64,000 nt of DNA from a virus. The notes below the pieces were generated by a model. The model ran no database searches. It had not been told where the DNA came from and saw only the letters and a program-made list of their open reading frames with translations. Each line of letters opens with the position of its first letter. The stretch's first letter is position 1. The stretch covers positions 16,696 through 80,695 of IMG/VR virus record IMGVR_UViG_3300010883_000015. One strand, given 5' to 3'. The position numbers were made by a program, and so were the translations under genes. Below are positions 21,718 through 31,649 of the stretch, one piece after another.

Positions 21718-22437
21718 ATGGCTGATAATATTCAAATTAAAACGGGTCAGATAACTGATGATGCCGTTACCGCTGACAAAGTAAATCTTGCCGCTGGTGC
21801 ATATGACTTTAGTTCTGGTGGTGTTCTAAGTGTCACAACTCAAGCTGCAAGCACTAATTCTGTTCTTGCTGCATCTACCGCTTATGTAGATGCTGCTGTT
21901 GGTGCCGGATACAGTGCTGGTGTTGGTATTGCGATTGCTGGTGGAGTAATTACCGCTAAAGCTGCTATCAATGCTGGTATTACCTATGCTGGTAGTGCTG
22001 CTGGTGATGGTGCTCAAGTTGTTCTTGATGCAACTAAATCTCTTTCTGTTGACAGTAATGGTATTGCAGTTGAAGTACTTACCGCTGGTGGGATTGCCCA
22101 TTCTGGTAGTGCTGGACTTTCTCTCCGTTTGGGTGGGATGATGCAGATCGCTTCTGGTGTTCTTGAGCTTAAAGATGATAAAGTAACTCTTGCTAAGATG
22201 AAATGGTCACCTAAGTATGAAGAGTTTACTGCTCAAACAGGAACTACTATTACAGTAGCCGGATCGATACCTGTTGGATATGAACTAACTACTGTAGTAT
22301 ACAAAAACGGATTGAGACTTTCTTATGATGCAGATCCAAGTACTAATAATGAATATAAAGCATTAGGAACTACTATTACATTTGGTGCCGTTTGTGATAC
22401 CGCTGATCTTATCCAAATTCAATACGTTAAGGAATAG
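21718..22437 (+). CDS. tail fibre / decoration-like protein
   Basis: Ala/Gly-rich; ITDDAVTADK and DDKVTLAK fibre repeats; ASTAYVD; VYKNGLRL C-terminal domain. Confidence 0.65.
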   Translation: MADNIQIKTGQITDDAVTADKVNLAAGAYDFSSGGVLSVTTQAASTNSVLAASTAYVDAAVGAGYSAGVGIAIAGGVITAKAAINAGITYAGSAAGDGAQVVLDATKSLSVDSNGIAVEVLTAGGIAHSGSAGLSLRLGGMMQIASGVLELKDDKVTLAKMKWSPKYEEFTAQTGTTITVAGSIPVGYELTTVVYKNGLRLSYDADPSTNNEYKALGTTITFGAVCDTADLIQIQYVKE

Positions 22438-22444
22438 TAAACCT

Positions 22445-22490
22445 GTTTAAATCTAAGGTTTAAATCTAAAGTTTAAATCTAAAGTTTAAA
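22445..22490. repeat. 13-bp tandem repeat GTTTAAATCTAA(A/G) x3.5
   Basis: Units start at 22445, 22458, 22471, 22484 (partial). Confidence 0.9.
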
Positions 22491-22516
22491 GCCCCTTCAT
22501 CTGGAGGGGCTTTTTT
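22488..22516. terminator. intrinsic terminator, probably bidirectional, ending the structural operon
   Basis: AAAGCCCCT..AGGGGCTTTTTT between convergent genes. Confidence 0.85.
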
Positions 22517-22517
22517 C

Positions 22518-23177
22518 TTAAGATTGACCCATGTTCTTCATCATAGAATCATAGTTAAAATGTTGACCAAGACATTCTGAAATATTAACCATTTTATCTT
22601 CACAGAATCCAGTCACCTTTCCATTAAATGTATATACATATTTGGCAACCTTAATTCTTCCTTTAACAAAATCAATACCTTCCTGAGTGGGCCTCCACAT
22701 TCCATTTGTTCTTGTGTTTCTATCTGGGTCAATCTTTGTTTCTGCCAATCCCCAGTAAGCCAGAGCGGGATAATCTCTACTTGAAAATTTACATTCTTTA
22801 TAATGTACCCAATCATTTCTATTTTCAAATTCCCTAACAAGAGAAATTAGGAATTTAGTACTATTGCTAGAAATATTACGCTTGTATTCTTTCGCTAATT
22901 GATCACAAGTTGGACAGTATACACCTCCGTTCCTTCTATCTATTTGTACTTTATTTTTTAAACTTAAAGAAACATTATCTTCTATAAACAAAATCGCTTT
23001 AGGATAAAAAGCTTTAAGGAAAGAATATATTTCTTCCTCTTTATTGCTTTTTAATTCTTGCAAGCAAAACATAAGTACCTTGCCTTTTGATATTTCATTT
23101 ATTTCAAAATAAAGAGAAGCATTAGAAATGAATTTCTTTAAATAATTTAGTTTTTCAAGTTTTAATCTTGATGACAT
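22518..23177 (-). CDS. hypothetical protein (CxxC, possible winged-helix C-terminus)
   Basis: AGGAG SD on minus strand; CPTCDQ; LAYWGL..GMWRPT.EG. Confidence 0.7.
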   Translation of the reverse strand: MSSRLKLEKLNYLKKFISNASLYFEINEISKGKVLMFCLQELKSNKEEEIYSFLKAFYPKAILFIEDNVSLSLKNKVQIDRRNGGVYCPTCDQLAKEYKRNISSNSTKFLISLVREFENRNDWVHYKECKFSSRDYPALAYWGLAETKIDPDRNTRTNGMWRPTQEGIDFVKGRIKVAKYVYTFNGKVTGFCEDKMVNISECLGQHFNYDSMMKNMGQS

Positions 23178-23198
23178 TTAATCTCCTTTTGGCGTAAG

Positions 23199-23582
23199 TT
23201 ATAATTCAATTCTAATTTCTTCATAGTCTGAAATTTTACCCATTTTTTCAGCGGTATCATTTAATACAACCCCATTATTCCAACATTCAAAAGTAAGGTC
23301 GAAAGTAACGGATAAAGGGTTTAATCTTTCAAATTGAACTAATATTTTACATCTTTTATGTTTTTCATTTGTTTCAATATCAAAATGATCAAACGCCAAT
23401 TGAACTAATGCAAATTCTTGGTTTTCGTCTAATTTGTTAATAAATGTATCATCTAAAACTGAATAATAGTCTTTTTCTAAAGAGATATTGTTAGCATTTA
23501 TTATTAATTCATTAGGCAATGCAATAAAAAGCTTCTTTCCATTTTTAGTAAAAAAAGAATTGAATAGATTATTATCTGACAT
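23199..23582 (-). CDS. hypothetical protein
   Basis: ORF in minus-strand operon; start uncertain (23582 or 23594). Confidence 0.6.
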   Translation of the reverse strand: MSDNNLFNSFFTKNGKKLFIALPNELIINANNISLEKDYYSVLDDTFINKLDENQEFALVQLAFDHFDIETNEKHKRCKILVQFERLNPLSVTFDLTFECWNNGVVLNDTAEKMGKISDYEEIRIEL

Positions 23583-23874
23583 AATTATTACCAATAGATT
23601 CTACTGATGTAATCTCAATCAAATCAGTAGAGATCGTAACTTTAACATCTAATTCTTTTAGTAAATATAATATACACCAGTCTGGGCATAACCTTAATTT
23701 CTCATTTGAGATTGAACAATAAGCACTAAGATTTGAAGGGTTTATTTGTAATAACCTAGCTAAATCTTTTGAGTTTTTAGTTGGATTCCTTAAGATCCAA
23801 AGATCTCTTAATTTTGTAAATATGTCATTTCTAGGTAATTTTATTTTTTTATCACATTCTGATATAGTCATCAT
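23572..23874 (-). CDS. XRE-like helix-turn-helix protein
   Basis: SKDLARLLQINPSNLSAY HTH pattern; AAGGAG SD. Confidence 0.65.
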   Translation of the reverse strand: MMTISECDKKIKLPRNDIFTKLRDLWILRNPTKNSKDLARLLQINPSNLSAYCSISNEKLRLCPDWCILYLLKELDVKVTISTDLIEITSVESIGNNYVR

Positions 23875-23887
23875 GTCTCCTTGTTGA

Positions 23888-24214
23888 TTACAATTTTATT
23901 TCTATGGGGCTATCGGGTTTATTAATTAGACAACTTATATCTATTTGCATCTCGTCATCATTCTCAATTGATTTTTCCATATGAGTGTCAGTTCTAATAA
24001 CTTTTTGACCGCTAAACATATTTTTAAAGTCTTTTTCTGATACCCAAAAAGAAATGGTGAACTTTATTGGTTTTCCAAATGTATAAGAAAAACCTCTATT
24101 TACATTTAGATTAAAAGTAAATAATATAGATTGTTTGGATAAGTTTAAAGCGAATTCAAGAATTCGATTTTGTAGTTTTAATTTTGTATCAATAGTAGAT
24201 ATTTTTACATCCAT
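23888..24214 (-). CDS. hypothetical protein
   Basis: GAGGTG SD on minus strand; first gene of the minus-strand operon. Confidence 0.65.
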   Translation of the reverse strand: MDVKISTIDTKLKLQNRILEFALNLSKQSILFTFNLNVNRGFSYTFGKPIKFTISFWVSEKDFKNMFSGQKVIRTDTHMEKSIENDDEMQIDISCLINKPDSPIEIKL

Positions 24215-24421
24215 AGGGCACCTCTGTCTTAATAATTAATTCTATACAATGGAACATTCCAATTTGTGTATATGTATATATAGCACATACAGAAGACAAT
24301 TCAATAAATTGTATGTTCTGTTGACATAGAATTAACAAGAAGGATTATATGTAAAGCTATTACTAATAGTAAACAACTATAATTACATCATTTATGTTAA
24401 ATAAAATGAAAAATAGCTTGT

Positions 24422-24475
24422 TGATACATGTATTAATATAATATAATTATAATTGAATTAATATTACATGTATCA
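24422..24475. repeat. inverted repeat TGATACATGTA / TACATGTATCA around an almost pure A/T spacer
   Basis: 11-bp perfect arms at 24422-24432 and 24465-24475. Confidence 0.7.
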
Positions 24476-24507
24476 TGTTCAATGTTCATTATTAACAACA
24501 AGGATTA

Positions 24508-25854
24508 CTATTCTTGTACAATTGGAGCATATGAATAATAAGGGTGACTTGTTGGGAGCCTTACCCACGTAGCATATTTGTGAGCCAGATAACCTTCAAT
24601 TAATTGGCGGTTTTCTTCGTTACATTCACCATTTACCAATATAACTTCGGCAATATCACCTTTAAAGAATTGTGAAGAGCCATTTTTACCCATAAGTAGC
24701 TCATTCGCATTATCAGCACCTGCTCCCATATATTTATGATTTATTTTGCTACCATCTAAAAATAATCCACCTGTTCCTGCGCTTAATTTATCAGTTATGG
24801 CTTCTGACATTTGATAAGTATTTGTAACGCCTGTAAAGCTTGCTGCATGCGAATTAGAATCACCCGTCATTGAAAGTCCGACAGTTGATACATATCCTAA
24901 TGAATAAGTTAGATCTTTCACTAATAATGGATTGTTCCCAACTGCCGGATCAGTAGGGCTATTAATTATAAATATACTATATCCATTTGTAATTAAATCT
25001 AAGGTCGCAGAGTCTGCTGCACTTAGAAAATCATTAGTTCCATCAAATTTAATAATAGAATAATTGTTTAAAGCATTTTTATATTCAACAGGTTCATTTC
25101 CTACTCCAGCAGCAGACATGGTATTACTATTTGCACTAGAGTCTGACCAAGCTGTAACTGTTGATCCAGTGACGGTGACTCCAAGATCTGCTTTATACCA
25201 TGAAGCAATTGTTACTCCTGTAATATTGTTTGGATTCCATAAAGAAGGAGACGTTCCTGTTTGTGTATATTGAGAAACAGTAAATGTATCTAAATATACA
25301 GTTCCATTTTTTACTTGAATCCCTGGAACTCCCCCTGTTAGTTTAGAATCATTAATATCGCCAACATTAGCAACAATAGTTGAGTCTAATAGCAATTGAA
25401 GAGTAACTTGGTCTTTACCATAACACCTAAATTCCATTGTATGCTTTGCGCCCCTAGATATAGAGGTGTTTGGCATTGTAGCGTCTACTAGAATAGTTTC
25501 TTTATTTCTAACTCTTCGACATATCTGTACTTTCCTTTGCTCTACATTTAATTTTGCAATATAACATGAGTAAGCACTTTGAGGGTCGCCTTGAAAATTA
25601 GTAGATCTTGCTATAAGCCCTAATGTTCCACCCATAAATGGATGAGTTTCATTATAATTAGGCCAAGCATAATCAGTATATACCGAGTAGCTAGTTGCAG
25701 ACATTGTTGTTGTTGTTCCAACAACTGTTAATAAATAATCTTCTGTTTGGGTGGTTAAGCCTGAACTTGCAACTAGGCATCTTCCGCTTAGAACACCTGT
25801 TGGGTCATTTATTGCTCCCCATCCTGACGTTCCTTTCCAATTACTTTTACTCAT
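24508..25854 (-). CDS. LamG/concanavalin-like beta-sandwich protein (probable virion accessory or adhesin)
   Basis: WYKAD..VTAWSDSS..FDGTNDFL..GDIAEVIL..IEGYLAHKY; GAGGA SD before ATG 25854. Confidence 0.75.
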   Translation of the reverse strand: MSKSNWKGTSGWGAINDPTGVLSGRCLVASSGLTTQTEDYLLTVVGTTTTMSATSYSVYTDYAWPNYNETHPFMGGTLGLIARSTNFQGDPQSAYSCYIAKLNVEQRKVQICRRVRNKETILVDATMPNTSISRGAKHTMEFRCYGKDQVTLQLLLDSTIVANVGDINDSKLTGGVPGIQVKNGTVYLDTFTVSQYTQTGTSPSLWNPNNITGVTIASWYKADLGVTVTGSTVTAWSDSSANSNTMSAAGVGNEPVEYKNALNNYSIIKFDGTNDFLSAADSATLDLITNGYSIFIINSPTDPAVGNNPLLVKDLTYSLGYVSTVGLSMTGDSNSHAASFTGVTNTYQMSEAITDKLSAGTGGLFLDGSKINHKYMGAGADNANELLMGKNGSSQFFKGDIAEVILVNGECNEENRQLIEGYLAHKYATWVRLPTSHPYYSYAPIVQE

Positions 25855-25934
25855 GATATCCTCACATAATTTACCCCATGACAATCACAAGGCTCGCATC
25901 CACAGACTAGGCACTCATATCTAAAAAATAGCAT
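25851..25934 (-). CDS. 27-aa Cys-rich peptide, not in ORF track
   Basis: MLFFRYECLVCGCEPCDCHGVNYVRIS; stop overlaps next start (ATGA). Confidence 0.55.
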   Translation of the reverse strand: MLFFRYECLVCGCEPCDCHGVNYVRIS

Positions 25935-25939
25935 ACCTT

Positions 25940-26281
25940 TTATTTCTTAATCTGAGAAATTCTATCTCTTAAACTTTTAGGTATCTTTGCTTTTTCAAGA
26001 TTAGATCTTTCTTGTTTTCTAGCCTTCCTGTCTTCTGGGGACTTTTTGGAGAAGGAAACTGCTATCTTAATTGCAGTAGCAAAAATTAACCCATCTATTG
26101 CTTCAATAGCTGCGCCCATAGGGTTTTTGACTATTGCATTAAAATCAATAAGTTCATCTAATAAAGATGACAATTGATCTATTACCTCTTCTTCTGGTAT
26201 TCCTTTTTCTAACAAAAGGTCTGCCATATCCAATATTTCTTTCCAAGGTAATTTACTTAAATTTAAAGCAATTTTAGCCAT
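25940..26281 (-). CDS. hypothetical protein
   Basis: GGAG SD; acidic helical N-half, basic C-tail. Confidence 0.7.
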   Translation of the reverse strand: MAKIALNLSKLPWKEILDMADLLLEKGIPEEEVIDQLSSLLDELIDFNAIVKNPMGAAIEAIDGLIFATAIKIAVSFSKKSPEDRKARKQERSNLEKAKIPKSLRDRISQIKK

Positions 26282-26297
26282 GATATCTCCACGTAGT

Positions 26298-26615
26298 TTA
26301 TTTTTTTATTGATTTTCTTTTCTTATCTAATTCTTTGTTGATTGATTTATCAGTTTCACTCTGTATCATTTCTTTTAAATTATCTATAGGCTCTACTATT
26401 GATCTTGTTATATATAAAACATTTCTTTTCCGAACATGCACTTCATTCATATCGAATTTAGGAAATCTATTATCGGACATTGTGGTTACGTTTATTAAAA
26501 CAAAAGCATCCTCCAATAAGGCAGATGTTTTTACTTCATCACATACACATGGTAACCAAAATTCAGGTGTTGAAAATTCTGCATATACAATATATTTCTT
26601 TACTTCATCACTCAT
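26298..26615 (-). CDS. hypothetical protein
   Basis: AGGG SD; divergent from endolysin-like gene. Confidence 0.65.
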   Translation of the reverse strand: MSDEVKKYIVYAEFSTPEFWLPCVCDEVKTSALLEDAFVLINVTTMSDNRFPKFDMNEVHVRKRNVLYITRSIVEPIDNLKEMIQSETDKSINKELDKKRKSIKK

Positions 26616-26691
26616 AAATCCCTTGTTATTTTACATATATTTATATAGAGTTAGTGCTACTATAACATATATATCAATTTGGAGTATAAAA

Positions 26692-27276
26692 ATGACACCT
26701 AAAATATTAGAGATAATAAAAAATAAAGGATACAAAATATTTCTAAATGGTTCCTATAATATAAATATTATAGGCGTTAGGGGCGATTCTTTAATATCAA
26801 ATTCATTTGATGATTCATTGTTTCTTGTTTTTAAGGATAGCGAAGGGCTTTGGGTCGAATTAAAATTTAAAATAACAACTGACCCCGGAAAATATTGGTT
26901 GCAAAATCCTTCTCGTATTGAAGGTACGGCAATTCTTGTTGAAGGTCAATATAGTGGTGCTTATCGAATAGATAAACATCGTGGAAGTTATGATGCACTA
27001 TGTCAGCGTGGTGCTCAAGTACGAATATATAGAGATAATAATAAAAATATAATATTAGACAAAGAAATTGAAGATATTAATTCTGGTTATTTTGGTATAA
27101 ATATTCATAAAGCTAGTGCAACAAGAACAAGTACACAAGTAGATAAATGGTCAGCAGGATGCCAAGTTTTCGCTAATCCAGATGATTTTGAACTTTTTAT
27201 GAGTATTTGCAGAATATCTTCAAGTAAATACGGGAATTCATTTACTTATACATTAATTACCGAAAGCGATTTATAG
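26692..27276 (+). CDS. putative endolysin (L,D-transpeptidase-like Cys peptidoglycan enzyme)
   Basis: FGINIH...WSAGCQVF His/Cys motif; TTDPG; GGAG SD before ATG 26692. Confidence 0.7.
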   Translation: MTPKILEIIKNKGYKIFLNGSYNINIIGVRGDSLISNSFDDSLFLVFKDSEGLWVELKFKITTDPGKYWLQNPSRIEGTAILVEGQYSGAYRIDKHRGSYDALCQRGAQVRIYRDNNKNIILDKEIEDINSGYFGINIHKASATRTSTQVDKWSAGCQVFANPDDFELFMSICRISSSKYGNSFTYTLITESDL

Positions 27277-27283
27277 GATAGTC

Positions 27284-28267
27284 ATGGAAGACTCTGACTT
27301 TATTTTAAAAATTGGTGACTGCATTGAAGAATTGAAATTATTAAAAGAGAATTCTATTGATTCTATTGTTACTGATCCTCCTTATGCCGTATCCATAGAC
27401 AAAAATGATTGGGACGATTTTAAATCTTTACGCCATTTTCAAAAGTGGTGTGAGAAATGGGCAATAGAATGCTTTAGGGTTCTAAAGCCCGGTGGTTATA
27501 TTGTTGCATTTAGCTCGGGAAGAACGTATCACAGGTTAGCTTCGGGCATAGAAGACGCTGGGTTTCAAGTTAAAGATACAATTAATTGGGTGTATTTTAG
27601 CGGGATGCCAAAGGGGTTACGAATAGATAATTTAGGTACTCAATTAAAGCCAAGTTGTGAGCCTGCGGTATTGGCCCAAAAGCCTATATCAGAAAAAACC
27701 TATGCTGATCAATTAAAGAAAACAGGTACAGGGTTTATGAATATAGATGAATGTAGATTCCATCATAAAGACCGTTGTTGGCTAGGCCCTAAAAATGCTG
27801 ATTTTGTTAAAGCTTGGGATAAGCCGATAATGAGTAACTTTACAGGAGACGGAGCTAAGTTATTCGTGGCTGATAGTAAAACAAATTATCAAATAAGAGA
27901 TATTTCTAAATATAAACCTACTGGTGGTAGATTTCCTGCGAATATTTATCATTGTAAAAAGCCAAACAAAAAAGAAAAAGATGCAGGAATAAGAGCATCG
28001 AGGGATAATAACCAAAATGGAAGAAGAAACTTCCACCCAACAGTAAAGCCCTTAAAATTGATGAAATGGCTTGTTAGGCTAGTAACGCCCCGAAACAACA
28101 ATGCTGTTGTCTTAGACCCATTTCTAGGCTCAGGAACAACGGGTATGGCTTGTTTATTAGAAGGATACCGATGCATAGGGATTGAGCGTAATCCTGAGTA
28201 CAAACATATAATAGAATCTAGGATAAAAATAGCTAGAAAAAGTATTTCTGATAAAAATCTTGACTGA
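27284..28267 (+). CDS. DNA methyltransferase, N4-C/N6-A beta class
   Basis: TDPPY, HPTVKP, LDPFLGSGTT. Confidence 0.9.
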   Translation: MEDSDFILKIGDCIEELKLLKENSIDSIVTDPPYAVSIDKNDWDDFKSLRHFQKWCEKWAIECFRVLKPGGYIVAFSSGRTYHRLASGIEDAGFQVKDTINWVYFSGMPKGLRIDNLGTQLKPSCEPAVLAQKPISEKTYADQLKKTGTGFMNIDECRFHHKDRCWLGPKNADFVKAWDKPIMSNFTGDGAKLFVADSKTNYQIRDISKYKPTGGRFPANIYHCKKPNKKEKDAGIRASRDNNQNGRRNFHPTVKPLKLMKWLVRLVTPRNNNAVVLDPFLGSGTTGMACLLEGYRCIGIERNPEYKHIIESRIKIARKSISDKNLD

Positions 28268-28289
28268 ATATATTCGTATAGTTTATATT
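28260..28289 (+). promoter_or_regulatory. sigma70-like promoter
   Basis: TTGACT-N18-TATATT. Confidence 0.5.
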
Positions 28290-28295
28290 AATATA

Positions 28296-28404
28296 AGCCT
28301 CGTACCGCCTTAATCACCTCCTAGCTCGTACACGGTCACCTAGTTTGTAATGATAGAGTATTTGTGAAAGGATCGCTGTTTATGATAGCGATCCTTTTAT
28401 TTTT
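28296..28404 (+). ncRNA. candidate ~105-nt small RNA with anti-Shine-Dalgarno motif
   Basis: Promoter upstream, strong terminator downstream, no convincing ORF; contains ATCACCTCCT. Confidence 0.45.
28367..28404 (+). terminator. intrinsic terminator
   Basis: AAAGGATCGCT..AGCGATCCTTT followed by T-tract. Confidence 0.85.
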
Positions 28405-28527
28405 ATATTTTCGGACATATTCTGTCTTGATCATGTCAATTCAATGTAAATCGCTTTAAATTATATGTTTAATCCAATACAATTAAACATGTCAATAAGA
28501 CATTAATATAAATAATAAGGTGGTAAT

Positions 28528-28884
28528 ATGGTAGATAAATTTTACTTAGGAAGTGTCGTAGTTACGAAGTCTTTAAATAATTTCTTAGAAGAAAGCGAGT
28601 CTTTTCAGAAGGTAATATTTGGGTGTCTCGAAAAGCATAAGTCTGGGAATTGGGGTGACACTGCCCTTAATGATTGTGAACTTAATAACAAGGCAATTGA
28701 AGAGAAGAATGGAGATAGAATTGTTTCAAAATATGAACTCTCTAATACGACTCTGAATTACCTTAATTGTGATTCGATTCCGAAAAGAGAAAGTGATCTT
28801 TATTCTTCTATTTTTATAATTACTGAAAATATTGGAATTACAGAAAAAACGTTAACAACACTACTGTTTTGTTCAGAATATTAA
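28528..28884 (+). CDS. conserved phage/plasmid hypothetical protein
   Basis: FYLG.VVVT..H.SGNWG..RIVSKY..IFIITE..TTLLF.SEY pattern. Confidence 0.7.
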   Translation: MVDKFYLGSVVVTKSLNNFLEESESFQKVIFGCLEKHKSGNWGDTALNDCELNNKAIEEKNGDRIVSKYELSNTTLNYLNCDSIPKRESDLYSSIFIITENIGITEKTLTTLLFCSEY

Positions 28885-28893
28885 GGAGTTGTA

Positions 28894-30240
28894 ATGAAAT
28901 ATAATAATATGGAATTACATTTAAAAAGATATGAATATCCTGAAATGATAAAAAAGGGACTGATATTTCCTGTCTCATACAGTGAAATAAAAACTTTACC
29001 TTGTTCCAGAAAGTATGCATTTAAATATATAGAAGGCTTTTCTTCTAATTCTTATAGTAGGCCATTAACATTTGGAATTTCTTGGCACTATGTCTGTGAA
29101 CAAATCTTAATCAAAACAATAAAAACTGATCAAATTATGGACAATAAAGAAATAAATGATGTTTGTGATAAATATTTAGTTCATTTCCTTGAAGGTGAAT
29201 TAAAAAACAAGTATTTCTATGAAGGTGTAACAATAAAAGGAGAAATAGAAAGCATAGTTACACAGATAAAATTAGGAATAATAGGATGGGCAAAGAATTG
29301 GTCGGAAAATATACATCCCAGATATAAAGTTATTGCTGTTGAACTTGCTTTAGGCATGCCTATTTCGTGCGACGGAAAAGTTCTCCGTAAAAAGATGACT
29401 TTTGTAAAGCATGAATTTAAAGATTGTGAAATATTAAGACTTCCTGTTTCTGGCGAGTTGGATAAAAATGGAAAATCTTTTTCAAAAGACAATTATGTAC
29501 CTGAAATTCAGATGGGTGATAAAATATCAACTGAATCGTTAAAAAACACTTGTATTTCTAAACAAATTAAATTCTTTAAAGTTGGAAAATTGGACTGCTT
29601 ATTGCAGTCAAGAGAGACGGGTGGGCTATGGATATTGGATCATAAAACGTCTGGTTCACCAAAAGGGTACAAAACTAAGATGCAATTTAATCTTCAACTT
29701 CATAATTATTGCTCTCTTGTTAGGTACGCCATTAAAGAGGGAAGGTTTTCTGATTTAAATTCAGATAATTTAATTGTTGAAGGGGTCATGTGGGATATCG
29801 CTTCTTCAAAATACAACCCGATGCAATTTGATTCTGATGGAAAATTAAAAAAGTTAAAGAGACCGATCCCTCCTTACCATATCGTTAAAGAATATGTTGA
29901 GAAGAATAAGTTAGAAGACTCATATTCTGATTATTTAGATCTTTTAGAAGAGAAGAACCTCGACAAATATTTTTTAGTTGAAGAGATGATCTCTGAAGAA
30001 GATATGGACAGATGTGAACTAGAAGATTACTGTTATGTTCAAGAAATGATCATAAAGAGAAAAAAGGCAGAAATCGTTAATTTGCGATCTCCTTCCGATC
30101 TTAGCGTAAAGATTCCACGTTTTACAATTTGTGAAACGTATAATTTTTGTCAATTCTATATCAATTGTTTTGCAAATACAGCAATGCACAAGATACAATA
30201 TAAACGTGAAGCCAATATGTTTTGGCGAAGCATTCTATAA
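28894..30240 (+). CDS. PD-(D/E)XK exonuclease, Cas4/RecB-like with probable Fe-S cysteines
   Basis: SYSEI..CSRKY; G..WH; GKLD..ILDHKTS; QL..Y; C-terminal CETYNFCQFYINC. Confidence 0.85.
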   Translation: MKYNNMELHLKRYEYPEMIKKGLIFPVSYSEIKTLPCSRKYAFKYIEGFSSNSYSRPLTFGISWHYVCEQILIKTIKTDQIMDNKEINDVCDKYLVHFLEGELKNKYFYEGVTIKGEIESIVTQIKLGIIGWAKNWSENIHPRYKVIAVELALGMPISCDGKVLRKKMTFVKHEFKDCEILRLPVSGELDKNGKSFSKDNYVPEIQMGDKISTESLKNTCISKQIKFFKVGKLDCLLQSRETGGLWILDHKTSGSPKGYKTKMQFNLQLHNYCSLVRYAIKEGRFSDLNSDNLIVEGVMWDIASSKYNPMQFDSDGKLKKLKRPIPPYHIVKEYVEKNKLEDSYSDYLDLLEEKNLDKYFLVEEMISEEDMDRCELEDYCYVQEMIIKRKKAEIVNLRSPSDLSVKIPRFTICETYNFCQFYINCFANTAMHKIQYKREANMFWRSIL

Positions 30241-30268
30241 ACACAAACTACACTACAAGGAAACCAAT

Positions 30269-31051
30269 ATGGCTATTGAAATAAGAAGAGCAAGCGAGGC
30301 TCTAAAGAAAGGAAACACTCATGCAAAAATACTTGTCTGGGGCAATTCTGGGGTGGGCAAGTCGTGGCTCGCTGCCAGTGCACCGAACCCTTTGATTGTC
30401 CTAACAGAGTCTAACGGGGCTGTCTCTGTTGGTCACAGCAACCCAGATGCCGATGTCATAGTTATCGATAATATTAAAGACTTGAGAACTATTTGTGGTA
30501 TGGCTAAAAGTGGAAAGTTGAACAAATATGATACCATTGTATTTGACAGCCTTACAGAGTGTCAGAGGTTATTTAAAGATGAAATCCTTGGCGATAGGGA
30601 TACTCTGAAAATACAAGATTGGGGCTTATTGGCTACTAGGATGTTAAAATTCATTCGCTTGGTTCGCGACTTACCTTTCCATATTGTCTGTACTGCTTTG
30701 GCAGACAAACTTACAGACTCTGAGGGTGTCATAACAATGAACCTTCCTCAATTTGAAGGCAAGAAAACAGCTAATGAGATTATGCAATATTTCAGTGCTG
30801 TTGGGTATTATTTTCAAAAGAGCACAATCGTAAAGACAAGTGATGGTGATGAACATAAACAATTAGTTCGTAATCTTATGTTCGAGAACACAACAAAATG
30901 GATGGTGAAACCTTGCCACCCACTAACAAATGTATCTGATCCTAATATGACAGATATTATATCCCGCATAATTTCTGGTTCAAATACTACAGAGATTATT
31001 AATAAAAACAAAACTAAAAAAAATCAAAAAGTTGAGGTGACACATGGCTAA
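30269..31051 (+). CDS. Sak4-like AAA_24 ATPase / single-strand annealing protein
   Basis: Walker A GNSGVGKS, TIVFDSLT; AAGGA SD before ATG 30269. Confidence 0.8.
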   Translation: MAIEIRRASEALKKGNTHAKILVWGNSGVGKSWLAASAPNPLIVLTESNGAVSVGHSNPDADVIVIDNIKDLRTICGMAKSGKLNKYDTIVFDSLTECQRLFKDEILGDRDTLKIQDWGLLATRMLKFIRLVRDLPFHIVCTALADKLTDSEGVITMNLPQFEGKKTANEIMQYFSAVGYYFQKSTIVKTSDGDEHKQLVRNLMFENTTKWMVKPCHPLTNVSDPNMTDIISRIISGSNTTEIINKNKTKKNQKVEVTHG

Positions 31052-31649
31052 AATAAACCCTAGAAAAGATGGAAGTATTTCCGATTCTGGATCAAGACCT
31101 AAGAAAGTAACGGCAGGTAATAAAATATTTGCCCCTATTGGAATAGCATACACAAAATCAGCAAACAAAGGAACTGTTTGTCTGCATGTATACTCTATTG
31201 TTATTAAAGACCTAGAAGGTGATAATAATGAAGGTATAATTCACATTGAAAAGTTTTGGCAAACAGGAAAGGCGCTTTGGAAGGTTGCTAATTTTGCATT
31301 ATCAATGAGATGTGAAATTGAATTTGATTCAGAGGATAGGAATGATGTTGAGAAGATGATAGCCAATGGTGTGTGTTTCTCTGGTGAAATCGCTGTTAAA
31401 GATAGCGGTGAATATACTGTTAGAGAGATCGTTAATTTTAATATACCTAGTGATGTAATAGATGATGGTAAATTGAAGTTGACACCTGAAATGGAAGAAT
31501 ATATTGTTCAGGGAGAACAAGCGTTTCCTAAATATATTCAAAAACAAAAAGAGTATGGTGTTAACTTTATAGAACCTAAAAGTTCTGTTAAGATAGACTT
31601 ATCATCTGACGAGGAAGAAGAATATCAACATGATAGTATCCCATTCTAA
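31044..31649 (+). CDS. single-stranded DNA-binding protein (DUF669-like)
   Basis: Follows Sak4-like gene; acidic tail ending DSIPF. Confidence 0.7.
   Translation: MAKINPRKDGSISDSGSRPKKVTAGNKIFAPIGIAYTKSANKGTVCLHVYSIVIKDLEGDNNEGIIHIEKFWQTGKALWKVANFALSMRCEIEFDSEDRNDVEKMIANGVCFSGEIAVKDSGEYTVREIVNFNIPSDVIDDGKLKLTPEMEEYIVQGEQAFPKYIQKQKEYGVNFIEPKSSVKIDLSSDEEEEYQHDSIPF

Noticed and set aside
26335-26691. N-terminal 119-aa extension of the endolysin-like ORF
   Set aside because: It overlaps the minus-strand gene 26298..26615; a GGAG SD supports ATG 26692.
28894-30240. Cas4 as part of a CRISPR system
   Set aside because: Context (Sak4-like, SSB, RuvC-like, primase-helicase) indicates a phage recombination exonuclease.
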